DNA from: Paraspadella gotoi
Taxonomy: Eukaryota; Animalia; Chaetognatha
Direction: 5' to 3'
Assembly (NCBI GenBank): GCA_051294375.1
Contig: CM119263.1
Span: 17,342,171-17,406,170 of the forward strand
DNA length: 64,000 nt
Part shown: positions 21,614 to 36,115 of the stretch, piece by piece
How positions within the stretch are numbered: position 1 is the stretch's first letter
Layout of the letters: each line of letters opens with the position of its first letter
Program-made: the position numbers and the translations under genes
Notes under the pieces: model-generated
The model's input: only the letters and a program-made list of their open reading frames with translations
What the model was told of the DNA's origin: nothing
The model's database searches: none

Positions 21614-24600
21614 TCAATTCGATTCGTCGTCGGAAACAAAAATTACATCTTCCGACACCTTTTCAGCGATTTCGACCGATTGATCCTGTTTTTGTGACGC
21701 CTTCTCGGAAAGTTCTTCTAATTTATTCTTTGAGTCGTCCTCTTCATCCTTCAAGACTTCAACGAACTCGCCGATGGTCTCCCACTTTCCTCCTTCCTCT
21801 TCTTCATCGTCATCGAACGAGGTCGATGTCTCTTCTTCGCAAGACGATGGCGAAGCGCGCCCGCTACTTGCGTTAGTCGCTGAAAAGGTAGCAACATTTG
21901 AATTACTACAATCACAGGCGGACACAGCATTCGCTATTGAGAATTACCCATCTTTCCAATCTTTTGAACAAGCTCTTCCACTTGGTCGACTTCCGCGGCG
22001 GCACCTTTCTCGCGATGACAAGGCGGAGATGCCGACGCTAACTCGAATTCCTCTACGATGTCACGACCAGTATCAAGCGAAGTCAGTCGAATGTGGTCAC
22101 CCACGCTGCAAAACTCTGCACCAAAAAATATGTCAGACTCATTGAGAGAACAAATTCGGCAATGCACATTTAAAAAAATCAAATCTTACCGAGATGAAAC
22201 CGCGTCCGATCTTCCACTATGTTCTTGAGCTTACTAACAGCGTCGCAGTTAACTGGCGCGTCAATTGGAACCAGACTCAATGGTCCAAGGGCATGTATGG
22301 GATCGTTGGGCAATTTCGAAGACAAGCACCTTACGCTAGAGTGCGGGATTGTTGTTTCCCGGCCGTAGTCGACCAAACGAACGCGAGCTTCATCGGCTGC
22401 AGAATGATGCAGGTAAGTTGTAATTTAATTCAATTCATTAGTCAAAAAACAGTTTATCTCTGTTCTTGTATTTGACTTACCGTTAATTGAGAGAACCTTT
22501 GCTCGGTACCATAGTTCGTCGTCATCGCGAACAACGCAGCCATCGCCGATGGCTGGAGAAGAAATCGATCCGGAGTCTGATGGGCCATCGCATCCTAAAG
22601 ATGTTTTATATTATTTTAATAGCGAAAGCTTGAGCCATAAAATCTATACATTTTTTTTATTCACCCGAATAGATTTCTTCGATGACGCTGGCAAGGGACA
22701 TTAGTTTGGCAGCATTTTGACAAAGATGAAACCAAAGTTGGCGAATATCTTCCATGTGACTAATGACCACCTTCGTCTTAACCGTCGGCGTCGGCTTCGG
22801 CGCAGGGATGAAAGGGTCGTTGGTGAAGTTGCTTCTAACGGTTGACAGTCTTTCCTCCCCAATCTGCTCGACTACCTTCTCCATGGTTTCGGTTTCATCT
22901 GAACTTTCGACGACTTCCTCGGAAAAATCCGCTGCTGTCACGATCTCAGATTTTTTCATGTCCTCCGTGACCTCGGGTTCCTTGGACTCCACTTTTGATG
23001 GCGTCAGAATTTCTGCTTCTTTTAATGCGCTGATGATTTCCGGATCTTCCGAAGTTTTCATCAAAGTTTTAGGCGTTATTTCTGGCGATTCGACTTCCGT
23101 GATTGTCTCCGTATTTTTTTCTGCCGTCCTTGTCGGTTCACCAATTTTTAATGAAGATTCGATCGGCGAGGCTGAAATTATCGTCTCGACCAACGCCGCT
23201 GACAAGTCCTCTCCATCAATGGAAATAATAACCTCCCGAAACGTTTCCTCACTTAACTTCGACTCTCCACAAAATTGGACCATGACTTCTACGTTCGTGG
23301 TTTTGTCGTCAGCGATATCATCGGCCCCTGATATCCAGGCAACACCGTTGGGTTTCCACAGCCGACAGGCAAAGGCACTAATGGGCATTATCGAAAAACG
23401 TGCATCCAGTCGACGGAGGTCTGAAGCGGGAACCAATTCAGAGTTGCCATAGTCGACGAAAAGGACCTGAGAAAAAAAAAAAAAAGATTTAAACAGTCAA
23501 CTGCATTCGGCCTCAAAGTTTCTGGCTTCCACTTATTCACACGAAACCTTAAAAATTTCCTCCTGCGCCTCTTCCACCATGGCTCTGTACCACCTTCCGT
23601 CTTCGTTCCATCTGGCCACAACAACGTCGCCGACCTTGGGAAAATCGACGACGGCGTCTTCGGCGGCGTTGTAGTGGCCATCAAGGTCGTCTGCGAAGTC
23701 GGCCAAGCGGTCGATGCCATCCACCGGTTGAACAAAGAAAGAATCGATTGAAGAGAAGTGGCTGACGAAGGCGGGAAAAGGATGAGAGGGTATCGCGGGA
23801 CTGCGCAGGACGAGGTCGGTGGGGGAGGCCGAGTGAAATAAGGCGGATAAGGGGGGCGAGGATTCGGCGAAGGGAGCGCTAGCGGTGGTAGATATTTCCG
23901 TCAACGGATCAAGGATTGAGGTGTTGGACAGAGTGTTGACAAGGCCCTCAATGGTGGGTGCGAGGGCTTCCTTTTCATCTAAGTAGTCCTCGGGAGTGAA
24001 GAGTTTCCCGTCCATTGATAGTCGGACGAGAGTCGTTTCATTGCCTATGTTAATCTCCAGCACCTCGGCGGATACCGATTCGTCGGTCACGGCTTCCACA
24101 AACTTACAACTTTTATCCTTTGAAGGGGGAGAAGCTGAAGACGGAAGAATGGAGCATTTGTAGGCGAGCAGTGGTGAAATCTCGGCAATTTCCGGTGTCA
24201 ATTGGCGGACAAAATCAGGAGCTAATTCATCTTCATTGCCAAAATCGACGAACCTGGTAAACAAAGAGCATACTATGATTAGAAAAATTCAGGGAAAAAT
24301 AAAATTTTTAGTACGCAAGAACTTGTTTGCAAAATTCAAATTTCCTTTTTCTTGAAAATTTTTTAACGCAATGTGAAATCATATGAACAGTTATTTTTGC
24401 AGAATTAATGGAAGCTAAATATTTAGAAACAAACCTCACGCGCAGTTTTTCCAAATCGACGCTACCAGCGATGACGACGGCGCGATACCACACGCAGTCA
24501 TCGGTAAATTTCGCACAACAAAAAGTTCCCATCTCCACCGGCTGCTGCAACGGAGGCGGTGGCGACGAAGACTCGTATACGTCCGAAATAGCATTGGCGA

Positions 24601-27600
24601 GAGACTCCAAGAGTTCTTCGTGCTCGGGAAGTTGGAGCCAAAAAGATGCAGGAGATTCGGCGTGAGATACGATGGCGTCGAGCGTTTCGCCGACGCAGAA
24701 TGACTCGCGAAGGGGAAAGGGTGGAGTGGCCTGAACGAGACGCGATGAGGAAGGTTCGCCCGATGTCGATTCACGGGAAGATTCGAGGTTCACCTCGTCG
24801 GCAGTCGTCGTCGTCGTCGTCGTCTTGATGTCAAAAGTCGAACTCGAGTTTGTCAAAAGATCGCTTTCTTCTTTCGACGTCGCTAACGTCTCGCGAATAA
24901 TGGATGAATCTGCCCCCGAGGTTAGTATCGGAGATATATCTTGTCCGTTGATGTAAAGTCGTACTCTCCCGGGAAGCTCGCCCGAAGGATGAAAACGGGC
25001 CTTAGGAAAAAAACTTAAGTGTATAGTGATCTCGCCAGAAGTTACTATCGAAGAAAATTATTGAAAAAATCCGAATGATTCATGCGATAATGAATTATTG
25101 ATGTGATAGTAATTGATTATTGATGCAATAATAATGAATTATTGATGCGATGATAAGGAATTATTGATGCGATGATAACCAATTATAAATGCGATGATAC
25201 CAAATGAATGATTTGATAATACCAAATTATTAATATGATCATTAAAGCGTAATAAAATTCATGTTTGAAAATTCTAATGATTATTTATGAACAATGTACC
25301 CCCAGTGAACATTAATTTATTAAAAAAATAATATATTTTTAAATTTTCTTAATAAGCTATATTATATATAATATTATCCTTAAAAATCCTAAATTTTAAA
25401 ATGGACTTTTTCTTAATTTAAATTCTTCGTCAAAAGTTGATAAAAAAATATAACTCATTTTTAAAAATTCTTTCATTAAGTTAAAAATTAAAAAAAAATT
25501 ATTTAATATACAAAAAATTAATTTTAAGCTTAAAATATAGGTTTTTTAAATTTTTGACCAACTTAATAAAACAATTTTTAAAAGAGAATAATTATTTCTT
25601 TTTATCAACTTTTTATGACAAATCCAAATCTGCAAAAATTTTTTTTTAAAAAACCATTTTAAAATTTTAACATTTATAGGCTTAATACTAAATATAAATA
25701 TAGCCTACTGCGTAAATTATAAAAAAATTTTTGTATACATTAATATTAATTAGTATAACGTTGTTCATTCCTCATTTTTAGAATTTTAATTTAAGTTAAA
25801 ATTAAACTTTTTACTACGCTTTAATGATCATAGGGAATCAATGATGGAAAAATGTTTAAAAAATATAATGAATTGAAATGAAATGAGTTGAATGAAATGA
25901 TTTGAATAAAATGATTTGAATAAAATTAATTGAATTAAAAATTATTTAATTTAAAAAAAAAATTAAATAAATAAATTATATTGAATAAATATATTTAAAT
26001 GTATGAACTGAATAAATTAAAAAGAGAGAGAAAAAGAGAAGTCCAGCCGCTGCATAGCTGAACTCATTTTTAAACAAATGACGGAGCGACAGAAAAAAAG
26101 ACCTAATTAAAACAATCGTTAGACACATTTTTTTCCGCAACAAATGGTCAGAAACTTCGGAAAAACCCCATTTCGATTCGAAATAAAATTCTCTTTCGTT
26201 TGGTATATTATTTAATTAATTTCTAAAAATATTTCGCTTGACCCAGGCGAGTTGAAAGCAACTAGGTAACAACATCCAAATTGGAACTCTTTCTCAGTTA
26301 CAATATTTATTATTTTTTGATATAATTTAGTTAATTATTAATTTTTCTGTGACTGATAGATAGTTATTCTTTAATTTATTAAGAATAATCTTTTTTTACA
26401 GACAGTCCATTAATCATGAACACTCGCTCTGCTACAGGGGACGAGTTTCCTCTGTTTCCCGAATTCGGTATTTGCAAGCGCTTAGCGAACTTTCGACCAC
26501 CGCCGGCAGAAACCACCAAAAGGGGCAGTATTGGAACGGTTCTTTGACATTTTTTACACTCAGCCCAAAAACCAACGAGAATAAAAATGAGACTGCTAAT
26601 GTCGTAGCTCAAGAATTAACCTTTGGAAACTGGGTGACGCGCGAATCCCTTTGCTTCACCTGAAAACAATTTGGAAGAACTAAGGAAGAACTAAGGAAAA
26701 GGTTACAATATCATATTTTTAGTAGAATATGAGTAAAGTAAAATTAGATAAATAATTATGCACAAAATGCTTTGTAGTTTGCAAATTTATTTAGATTTTA
26801 GAAAATCAATTATCATTATATTGCCAAAAGCACACCTCATAATAAAATTAATATGAAGTCAGTTGATCTCGTCTGTTTTTTCTTGTGGCAAAGAAGCTCA
26901 ACTTCACGTGACAAAAAGGCTAAGCATGATACATCACCTCGTTGGATGGATAGCTGCCTCTACATTCTCAAAATGTGTATCGTTGGTGATTCTTTCGTTT
27001 TGAGTCACCAGCAGAAAATGGATGTCTTAGTGATGTCTAATTACATCTTGTACATTCAATTTTATTACTGGTTCTGCTGTCCATTCATGGCGGATGCTCA
27101 TTCCTTACTCTCTCCCTTCATGAAGATCTAATGGCGTGGCGATCAAGGAATCGCGATGGGGCACATGCTGGACTAAGAAAGATTGATTTACATACCGAAT
27201 ATCTTTCTGGCCGCTTGGTTATTCTCGCTTTGGCTTCAAAAAAAGTCTCAAACTCAACTAGAATGTCGATGGCTGAAGCCCTCTTGAGCTCTGAAAAGGT
27301 CCAAGTAGAAATGGGAAAGCCGGAAATACCATGCGTATATGAAAACAGCAAATTAGAAGATTAGGTTTCGTCTGATTCTGGTTGTTTTTTCAGGTTCATT
27401 TGCAATATTTTATCAATAATTTTTATATTTAATTATATATTATTATAAGATAGCTTATTTATTAAATGAATGGATAATTTTTATATTGGTTGTACCAATT
27501 TCATATATTTATTTCATGATAATTATAATTTATTACACAGCTTTGTCACTTTTTTCCATCTTTTTTGTCGAAACCTGTGGAAGAATGTAATGATAAACGC

Positions 27601-30600
27601 CAACTACCACTCATTCTGCAAGCTTGTAAATGGATTTTCGCCACTCAATGATGCTGGGGAGAGGGTGGTTAAATTTGCAAGTGATTACAACGGTTCAATA
27701 ACCCGTAATAAAATGCAACACGAAGCAATGCTTCAGGGCGTTGAAGAACATCGTCGATCTCACCCTAAGCCAAACGGTGTCTTATGAACTTCAAGTTTAA
27801 AGATCAGTTAACAATAACAATGCAAGAATTGTTTGCCTCTTGCCGTCACTTTCATGAGAGAAGATAAATTGGTTTAAAAATATTAAAATTACACTTCCGG
27901 TATATTTTGCTTAATACTTTTTTATTAATTTTTAATAAATTACAACTACATCGGAGTTTTACATTCATTTCAATCCATAATGATTAAAACATCACATAAG
28001 ATCCTTCAACGTTTCAAAATATATGTAAATCAATGAATCTGACGCATGTGGAACTTTGACGCCGCTGGTCAAGCGAAATCTTTAAATAAGTTAATCATAT
28101 AGCACATCATTCGAAAGAGAATTTTATTTCGAATCGAATGGTGGTTTTCTGAGTTTCTATGACCATTTGTTGCGGAAAAAAATGTGTCTAACAATCGTTT
28201 TATATAAAAATAAATATAATTATTTTGTAAATAAAACATTAACAAATCCGAGTATTGATATAAAACATGGCAATTTCAAAGATCTTGATGATGAAAAGTC
28301 ATATCTAAATTTTCAACTTCCTATGATTACCTACTTTTTACAATTTTTAATTGTAAAAATGCGTGACGACGTCGATGACAACGGTCACAAAGAAGCAATT
28401 GTAAACGACTATCTTGCCCAAGACGGGCCTAAGCCCGTCTGGCGAGATAAAAAAAAAAAGATAAACTAAGTGCGTTAAATCAAAATCCGTTTGTAACCAA
28501 ATACCTTGAGACCGACGTGGTCGTCGATAGTTTCTCGGAAAAGATCCTTCAACGAGGCCCGCAATGGCCGTTTGATGCCATGCAATGTGGCTGGAATGGC
28601 AAAGGCGTTTGTTGACACCAAATCCGGATGATCGGAGAGGCTTTTGATCTTCCCGTCACCGAGAGGAATCCAGTCTCGGTTGCCGTAGTCAACGAACTGA
28701 ACTTTAATCTGAAAAAAAAAAAAAACAAAAAAAACAAACAAAAAACAAATTAAAATAGAAATTATAAAAATAACTTAGCATTTTAAATATCCCTTAACGG
28801 GGACTGCTACCTGATCATCTTTTAAGTCGAGCACCACGGCCCTGTACCAAGAACCATCGACAGAGTAAACTGCCAAGCAAGGGTCTCCTTTTGCCGGCGC
28901 GGTCAAATCCGGCGCTGACTTCGACGCCTCCTCCACCTCATCCATAAGCTCCTCCAGCGGGACATCGAATTCCGAGAGCTGCAGGTAAAAGTCCTCCACG
29001 CCGTCGATGTGGGAGACAAAGGCTTCGTGCAGAACCTCACCCTCGCTGTCTCCGAATGGGGGGATGTGAATTCGCGGGTAGGGGAAAGGGGTCGAAGGAT
29101 CGAGCAACAATTGCGGAGAGGGAGACTTCGACGATATTTGGTTCTCGATTTTATCATCTTTTTTCTCATCTATCTGCGCTTTTATGTCATTTTGTTTAAT
29201 GCTTTTATTAGATTCGGTCCGAACATATTCTTCTCCGACAATTTGACCGTCGTCGTCCTTGAGAACAACCAAGTACGGTGGTTCCGGGTTTAAGAACTCG
29301 GCGTTGAACTCGCAATCAAGAAGTAGATCGCTGAAGGAGGAAACTTGCGATTCAGTCCAATGAACATCATCGGCCGTCAGCCGACAACGCAGAGCGTGAG
29401 GAGCGTCGTTCACGAAAACTCCAGGAAGGGGTTTCACATCTTGGCCGCCAGCTTGCAGAGGCTCTCGGTTTCCAAAATCGACGAAAAAGATGTCGACCTT
29501 GGAAGAGGCTGCGTCGACCTTCTCGACTCTCGCCCGGTACCACTTGTCATCGACGGAATACTTAGCGCAAACCGGGAGGCCTTCCGTCAGGCCCTGGATA
29601 GCAAGGGGGCGTTCCAAGGCCGCTTTCGCCTCCAGCTGGCCCATCATTGCGTCGATGGCGTCCATGTCGGCCGTCGACTGGACGTAAAACTCTCCGGGGT
29701 CGACAGCAAAAGTCACGTAGACGCGAAGTTGTTTAGAAAGCAGTGGCCGAGCAGGGAATGGGCGAAAGGAAACGGGAGGAATTACGGGTGGACGGAACGT
29801 AGGAAGATCGGGAATGGAAGGTTCCGTTGCTGTGGAGGGGGGCGGCGCCGTTCCTGGCGTCGGTCGGCCGCTAGGCGTAGGAAGAAAGGAGGATATTTTG
29901 GCATTAACTGAGTCCGAGTCGTCGGGAGGCGATTCGGACGAATTGAGAATGATTTGGCTCTTTCCGTCTTTTGCTGAGATGACACGAAGCCAGAGCTCAA
30001 GTTCGTCGGTGAGCTGGCTTAACTTGTCTTTAAGGTTAGGGGCGCTGGGAAGGCCGTGGAGAGCGCAAAGATGAGCCTGAGCCGAGAGTCGGGCGAATTG
30101 AGAGCGAAGGGAGCGAACTTTGTCGAGGGACAAATTTTCGCGATTTCCGTAGTCGATGTAATGCACCTCGACCTGATATTTAAGAGCTTTAAATATTACT
30201 TTTAAAAACATACCTACAAGGAACTAAGACTAAGTAATAATATATATATAAATGCTTTTGCACAAGGCTAAAAAAAATTCATTTAGACCAAGAATTTACA
30301 AAACAGTTTACAGAACAGAACAACTAGCATAGCCAGAAAAAAGTTTGGTAAAATTTTACTTTCGCCGACCTAGAATTTGGCGTCTTTTAAAAAACTATTC
30401 TAAAATACTAATTTTAAAAAAAAATTTTAAAAAAATTTAAAAAAAAATTATTACCTAATTAACCTAAACCTAAACCCTCTTAACTCCAAGCCACCTTTAA
30501 CCCTAAATCCCCCCCTAACTCCGGTCGGCGAAAGTAAAATTAACCCAAAAGTTTTATTATAATAATAATAATAACAACAAAAACGAACCTGCTGCGGCGA

Positions 30601-33600
30601 ATAAGTCTTCGTAATCACAGCCCGATACCATTGGTCATCCTCAGAATATTTAGCGACGCAGTGAGTCCCATTAACCATTCTGGAAACGACCGTCTCCCTG
30701 TCGTGAAGAGGATCAGAGTAAAAAGCCTCAATGGCCGCCATAGTTTCATCGAGTTCGGCGAGACCAGAGACGCGCTGAACCCAAAAGTTGGCGAGGTTAT
30801 CGACGTGAGATACAACGATCAGTTCTTTAGAGTCGGCCGAGAGGGGTTCAGAGGCGATGGTTGGAAGGGCGGGCGGAGATCGATGATCGGACGAAGTGGA
30901 CGAACCGCGAGAAGACGGTTGGTTCTGCGAGGCGGGCCAACCGGTCTTCGAACCAATTTTAGCATCTGGCATCCCAAAATTTGTCTCGGCCACTGCGACG
31001 GCTATTTTAGCTTTCTTTAATTCTTCCGACAAATCCCCGATTCGGTCGCACCTCAGTACCACGTCCCACGTACCGACAGCGTCCAAAGAAACGAAAGAAC
31101 AGCCGAGGGTATCTTCACCAACAAGGTTCTCCAAAAATTCCCCGGCATTATTCCGCCAACCGACTGCTGAGTCATATGGCGCAAGGGACTTAAAGCCGCA
31201 CTTGATTGCCATGGCGGGAAATCGGGCCAAATCCGGATGAAGTTCCTTCAATGAGTCGACGGATTTTGTTTCGGCGTTGCCAAAGTCAATAAAATAAATC
31301 CTAAAATTAAAAATAATAAAAGCTTAAAAATTAATAAAATGAGAAAATGATAATGAGACTGACCTAGCTTCACGACCGTCGGTCTCTCGTATCGCGGCTC
31401 GGTACCAGCGCCCATCGTCTGAAAACTTCGCTGCACACAGCGACCCGGGCGTTGAACGCTGTAAACGCCGCTCACGAGGAGGCATAGGCTCATAGGTTGC
31501 ATCAAGTCTGTCGGAGAGTTGCCCGATGACGGATTCTTGCTCGACCAGCTGAACGTAGAACTCGGACGGGTCAGTCGTCCAAGAAAACATAACTTCGGAA
31601 CGCTGCCCGGGGCGGATTGTTAAGGAAGGGAGGTGGGGAGTCGATGACCAAGCAGCGGCCGCCGACGATGTTATAGCGCGTGGAACGCCTGAAACTGAAT
31701 GAGCGCCAAACGAGGTCGTAGAAGATCCCGAGGGAGAACGTTTTGACATTCGGTCGTCGGATAAGTGGCCGATTTCCCGGCACCCAGAGCGAACGGCCAG
31801 ACGTTGGGTAACCATCTCATCCACGACGTTGCGCTGCATTCGATTTGCCGTCGTGATAAAAAGTTCGACGATTGCGGCGTCGTTTGTAGCGCGCCCTTTA
31901 CAACGGGCCGTCAAAGTGAACTGACTTAAAGATTCGAGATACTCGGTGGCGGCGGGGCTCCAAGAACCCCCGACACTTCCCGGCGCGGGTGCGACCCCAT
32001 CGAGTAGACAGCGGATGGCCATCGCTTCGTAGCGAAGCATCGGCGGAGGAAGGCGGGCGCACCTTTCCTCGCCAACCAACTCTTCATTGCCGTAGTCGAC
32101 AAAACGAACCTCGACACGGTCGCCCACGTGCCGGGTGACAACCGCCCGGTACCTGATTGAGGTAGAACAAAGGTGATTGGGTAAAGGGAGGAAACAAAAG
32201 AAAAGATCAAGATGGTAATAAAAATCGGTAATTCAGTAAACCTGGCTGAATTTTGGATAAGCAATATAGAAACAAGGAAAATAATTAACTTGGGCAATGT
32301 ATCTTACGAGTAAAAATTGTATTAGTTATTCTGTATTTAATGTTAACTAATATGTTCCCCAAAACAAAATTCGCATATATTTAACATATAAGTCAATAAA
32401 TGTAAATAAACAAATTTGTTGCGAAAAATCAATCTTTTCTCTTATTAAATTCAACCAACGAAAAGAAAGAAAAACAACAAAACATATAAGTAATATATAA
32501 TTATATCTTTTAAAAAATCTGCAAAACTTTCAATAGTCCAAACTCCTGAAAAGATCAACACGGTTCACAAAATTTTCAGATTATGTAAACTAAATCATAA
32601 TTTACAAAGAGACCACAAAACCTTTTATTTTAGTCACAACTGATCAATATTTTTTGTATTGTTTAAAATAACTTACCAAGCATCATCCTCCGAGTACTGC
32701 GCCGCGATGGGCTCGTGGACTCTTGGAGGCCAGTGGTGCAGCGGAAGCAGCCGACTTTGACTAAAGGCCATCTGCAAAAAGTCCATCAGCTCCGATAATA
32801 CTGACGCTTTTTCGACAACTTGGCAGTAAAACTCGCTCGGATCTCGCACGAAAACAACATCCACGACATGGGTCCGATCAGACGAAAGTTCCAACGGACG
32901 AAAAGGGGAAGCGACGGAAGGGGGCGGCGAGGCAGCAGTGATTTGCACTCCGGATGCGAGACATCGATTTTTCAGCTTATCAAGCAAATCCGAGGAAGGA
33001 TGCTCGGCATAAATAAAATTAACCGGGGTTGGAGCGGATTCCTCCCCGCTTGCGTTGCCGCAGACGACGATTTTGAAAGCGGCGTCAACGATCTCCGAAA
33101 ACGACTCGATCAACATCCGCTCGCCGACGCCGTTCGTTAGGGCAGACGTGAGACCGTTAACAGCACAAGGAATTCCCTGAAAAAAAAAAGAGACGTGCTG
33201 GACACCCGAAAAATTTTCTGTCTATATCGTTCTACTTTTGGCAAATGGGGATCACCTGGGCGGGAAGCTTGGTGAAATAGGGTTTTAATGGCTGAACCTG
33301 GGAACTTTGAAGCTGCTCTTCGTTTCCAAAGTCAATGTATCGGACTACGGTGCCTGTTGTAATGCATTAAACTTGACAAACTATCAATTTAAACTGAACC
33401 GCTGAACAATGCAGTTTCGATCCCCTCACCAGTGGACAATGAGTCGACAACGACACCTCTGTACCAGATTCCATCCACAGCGCTTTTGGCAGCGCAATAA
33501 AGGCCTTTTGGAGGCGGAGGGGAGGGCCGTGTCATTCCCCCCATCTCGGCGTGAAGGCGCTGCATTAAGTTGCTAAATGCACTTGCCCACTTTACCAGCT

Positions 33601-33855
33601 GTGAATTAAATTTTAAATATAAATTTAACAGACGGGTTTTTGAAGGAACAATCCAAAAGGAACTTTTATAACCAAGCTTTTGGTTTTCTAAGTTAAAAAT
33701 CCCTTACGGACCTGAACGAAGACCGTTCCGTCCGGTTCAATGTGAGAAACGACGACGTCATACTCGTCGCCAAATGACAAAGTCAACGAAGGGATTTTGA
33801 CGCCAGTGGCCGATGGGGCAGTTCCGGACGATCGAACTCCGTGACCCAAAGCCAT
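21614..33855 (-). CDS. Multi-Tudor domain protein (Tudor/TDRD6/TDRD15-like), about 9 extended Tudor domains
   Basis: Phase-consistent GT-AG exons: 33855-33712, 33598-33430, 33353-33256, 33176-32677, 32152-31364, 31300-30589, 30172-28811, 28708-28505, 25000-24435, 24253-23548, 23466-22665, 22594-22481, 22396-22190, 22115-21948, 21879-21614. Repeated P..FY(V/C)Q...CxAK(F/Y)S.D..WYRA.V...V.F(V/I)D(Y/F)GN.E modules and an acidic C-terminal tail. Confidence 0.92.
25234..25832. mobile_element. AT-rich foldback MITE in a Tudor intron
   Basis: Terminal tatgatcattaaagcgta / tacgctttaatgatcata, plus internal inverted blocks (gtcaaaagttgataaaaa versus tttttatcaactttttatgac). Confidence 0.7.
26120..28190 (+). 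mobile_element. Internally deleted hAT-superfamily (hATm-like) DNA transposon
   Basis: Termini TAGACACATTTTTT.. / ..AAAATGTGTCTA with about 150-bp imperfect TIRs and an exact 8-bp TSD ACAATCGT (26112-26119, 28191-28198). Broken transposase fragments: RWMDSCLYILKM, HTEYLSGRLVILAL..GKPEIP, LNDAGERVVKFASDYN..MLQGVEEHRR. Confidence 0.85.
30347..30546. mobile_element. Telomere-repeat-bearing MITE with an 8-bp TSD, in a Tudor intron
   Basis: TIRs ggtaaaattttactttcgccgacc / ggtcggcgaaagtaaaattaaccc; interior cctaaacctaaaccctcttaac..taaccctaaa; exact flanking duplication AAAAGTTT (30339-30346, 30547-30554). Confidence 0.88.
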
Positions 33856-34056
33856 TTTCAATTAAAAACTTCGTATGAAAATAAATTCCGTTCTTTTATT
33901 ATTAACGTTTGAAATTTATAACCGTGGATTTCAGCAAATATACCTAACATTACTATTTATGCTGTCATATATCGACGATTGCCAAAGGTATTCCCTGTTA
34001 TAAATCTTTTACTATCCTACGTAATATTGGCTTTTGTAACCCAACCAAACCCAAAA

Positions 34057-34407
34057 TGGCTGATTTTACTTCCGCCAACCGGGTTAGTTTGGGGTTAGGG
34101 TAGGTTAGGGGAGGTTAGATTAATGTTTAAGGTTAAGGTAATTAAATTTTTTTTTTTTAAAAATAAGTATTTTAAAATAGTTTTTCAAAAGACGCCAAAA
34201 CTCGGCAAAAGTAGAAAGGGGTTAATTTTACTTTTGCCGACCTTGGTTAAAGGTTAGGGTTAAGGGTGGTTTAAAGGTAGTTTAGGGGGTGGTTAAGGTT
34301 AAATAGGTTTAGGGTTAAGGTAATTAAATAATATTTTTTAAAAAAATAACTTATTAATAGTTTTATAAAATACGCCAAACCCCGGTCGGCTAAAATAAAA
34401 TTTAAGC
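34057..34407. mobile_element. Two adjacent copies of the telomere-repeat MITE (about 34057-34217 and 34219-34407)
   Basis: Each copy starts with ttttactt(t/c)(c/t)gcc.acc, contains ggttaggg arrays and ends in ..acgccaaa..cggc.aaa.ta.aa. Confidence 0.8.
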
Positions 34408-34671
34408 ATAAAACTTTATATGCTAATCTTTATATAATATTAATATAAAACTTTTTTAATTTTTTTTAAAAGGTTTTCACTTTTCTAGCGCATCCAAGAG
34501 TTTACGTCGAGCTTAACTCAGAACAATTTAGTCTCCATAGTACCAAGCTGTGATGTAGTTGCAAAAGAAATTGTTGTGTAAGTTTTATTTACAAATTTCC
34601 TGAAAAACTTTATAAAATTATTTATCGATAAATGTGATACAAAGAAAAAGTACACCGAAACACAAATAAGG

Positions 34672-34852
34672 GATTAAATTTTACTTTTGCCGACCAGGAA
34701 TTTGGAATAATACTATTTTAAATAAAATATTTTAAAAAATCATTACCAAATTACCCTAAAAATTATTACCAAATTACCTTAACCCTCTTAACCCCAACCA
34801 CCCCTAACCCTAAACCTCCCTTAACCTCGGTAGGCAAAAGCAAAATTAACCC
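34672..34852. mobile_element. Telomere-repeat MITE in the opposite orientation
   Basis: TIRs gattaaattttacttttgccgacc / ggtaggcaaaagcaaaattaaccc; flanks AAATAAGG and AAAGAAGG (7/8 TSD match). Confidence 0.82.
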
Positions 34853-35257
34853 AAAGAAGGAATGTTCACAATTTTTGAACCAGAACTATTATAATACAAA
34901 TATAAAATATATAAATCTTGGCACCAATTATTTCCCTTGCGCTTTAAAATGTATTAGGCACGTTAAAACAATGGATATAATGACAGGAACATTGAAGGAC
35001 ACGTGTCCCAGACACCCAGAAATTACTGCGTAAGCGAAAAAAAACGATGCAAAAAATATGGATGCGCGATCAAGGAAAAGATAAAGCGACGCTGAAAAAA
35101 ACAGGGACACGACCCACTTTGTAAAAAGTTAAAAAAAATTGAATATATCCATTTTGAACTAAGTGAATCTGAAATATATATGACCGCCTAGCGAATAGAT
35201 CGCTCTTGAGATGTCCCGTACTGAACAGTCGCTCTCCACGTCTAAACGAAGAACATT

Positions 35258-36115
35258 TTAACTGACGTCTTCGGCAACTTCGTCTGGTTCCCCATCCCCA
35301 GACGCGTCCTTGCCAACCCCCGCCTCCGGGGCATCGGACGACCAAAGCGTCAAGTTGTCCCGCAACAGCTGCATGATCAGCGTGGAGTCTTTGTACGAAT
35401 CTTCGTTGAGGGTGTCCAGCTCGGCGATGGCGTCGTCAAAGGCTGTCTTGGCCATCTCGCAAGCCTGGGAGGGCTTGTTGAGGATCTCGTAGTAGAAGAC
35501 AGAAAAGTTGAGAGCGAGGCCGAGGCGGATCGGGTGAGTGGAAGCCAGCTCTTTCGTCGCGCAATCCAAGGCCGACTGATAAGCCTTTAGAGCTTGTTGA
35601 GACGGGGGCTTCTCAGGGCCAGCGTCGATCTCCGCCAAATAGCTGGAAGCAAAAGTGTTAAAATAAGGCAATTTTTAATTTGAACAGCATACATTTATCT
35701 CAAGATATTTTTACCGATAGTAGTCTCCTCTCATTTTGTGGTAAAAGACTTGCGATTCTCCGCTGTTAGTGCAGTTCGGGATCAACTTTTCATCTAACAA
35801 GTTGAGGACTTCGTTGCAGATATTGTGGAGTTCCTTCTCGACAACGCACCGAAAATCCTGAACCATTTTGACACGGCTCGCACCGTCGGAGCTTTTCGTA
35901 TCCCTGGTCTCGATGGAAGAGAGAATGCGCCAAGAGGCTCGACGAGCGCCGACGACGTTCTTGTAGGCGACCGAGAGGAGGTTTCGCTCCTCGACAGTCA
36001 GCTCGCCGCCATCTCCGACCACCTTCTTCATGGCCTCCACCATCTCGTCGTAGCGCTCCGCTTGCTCGGCAAGCTTTGCCTTGTAGACCCAATCATCCTT
36101 GTTATCCATCGCCAT
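35258..36115 (-). CDS. 14-3-3 protein
   Basis: Exons 36115-35715 and 35642-35258 with a 72-nt GT-AG intron. Motifs [102 protein letters not shown]. Confidence 0.98.
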
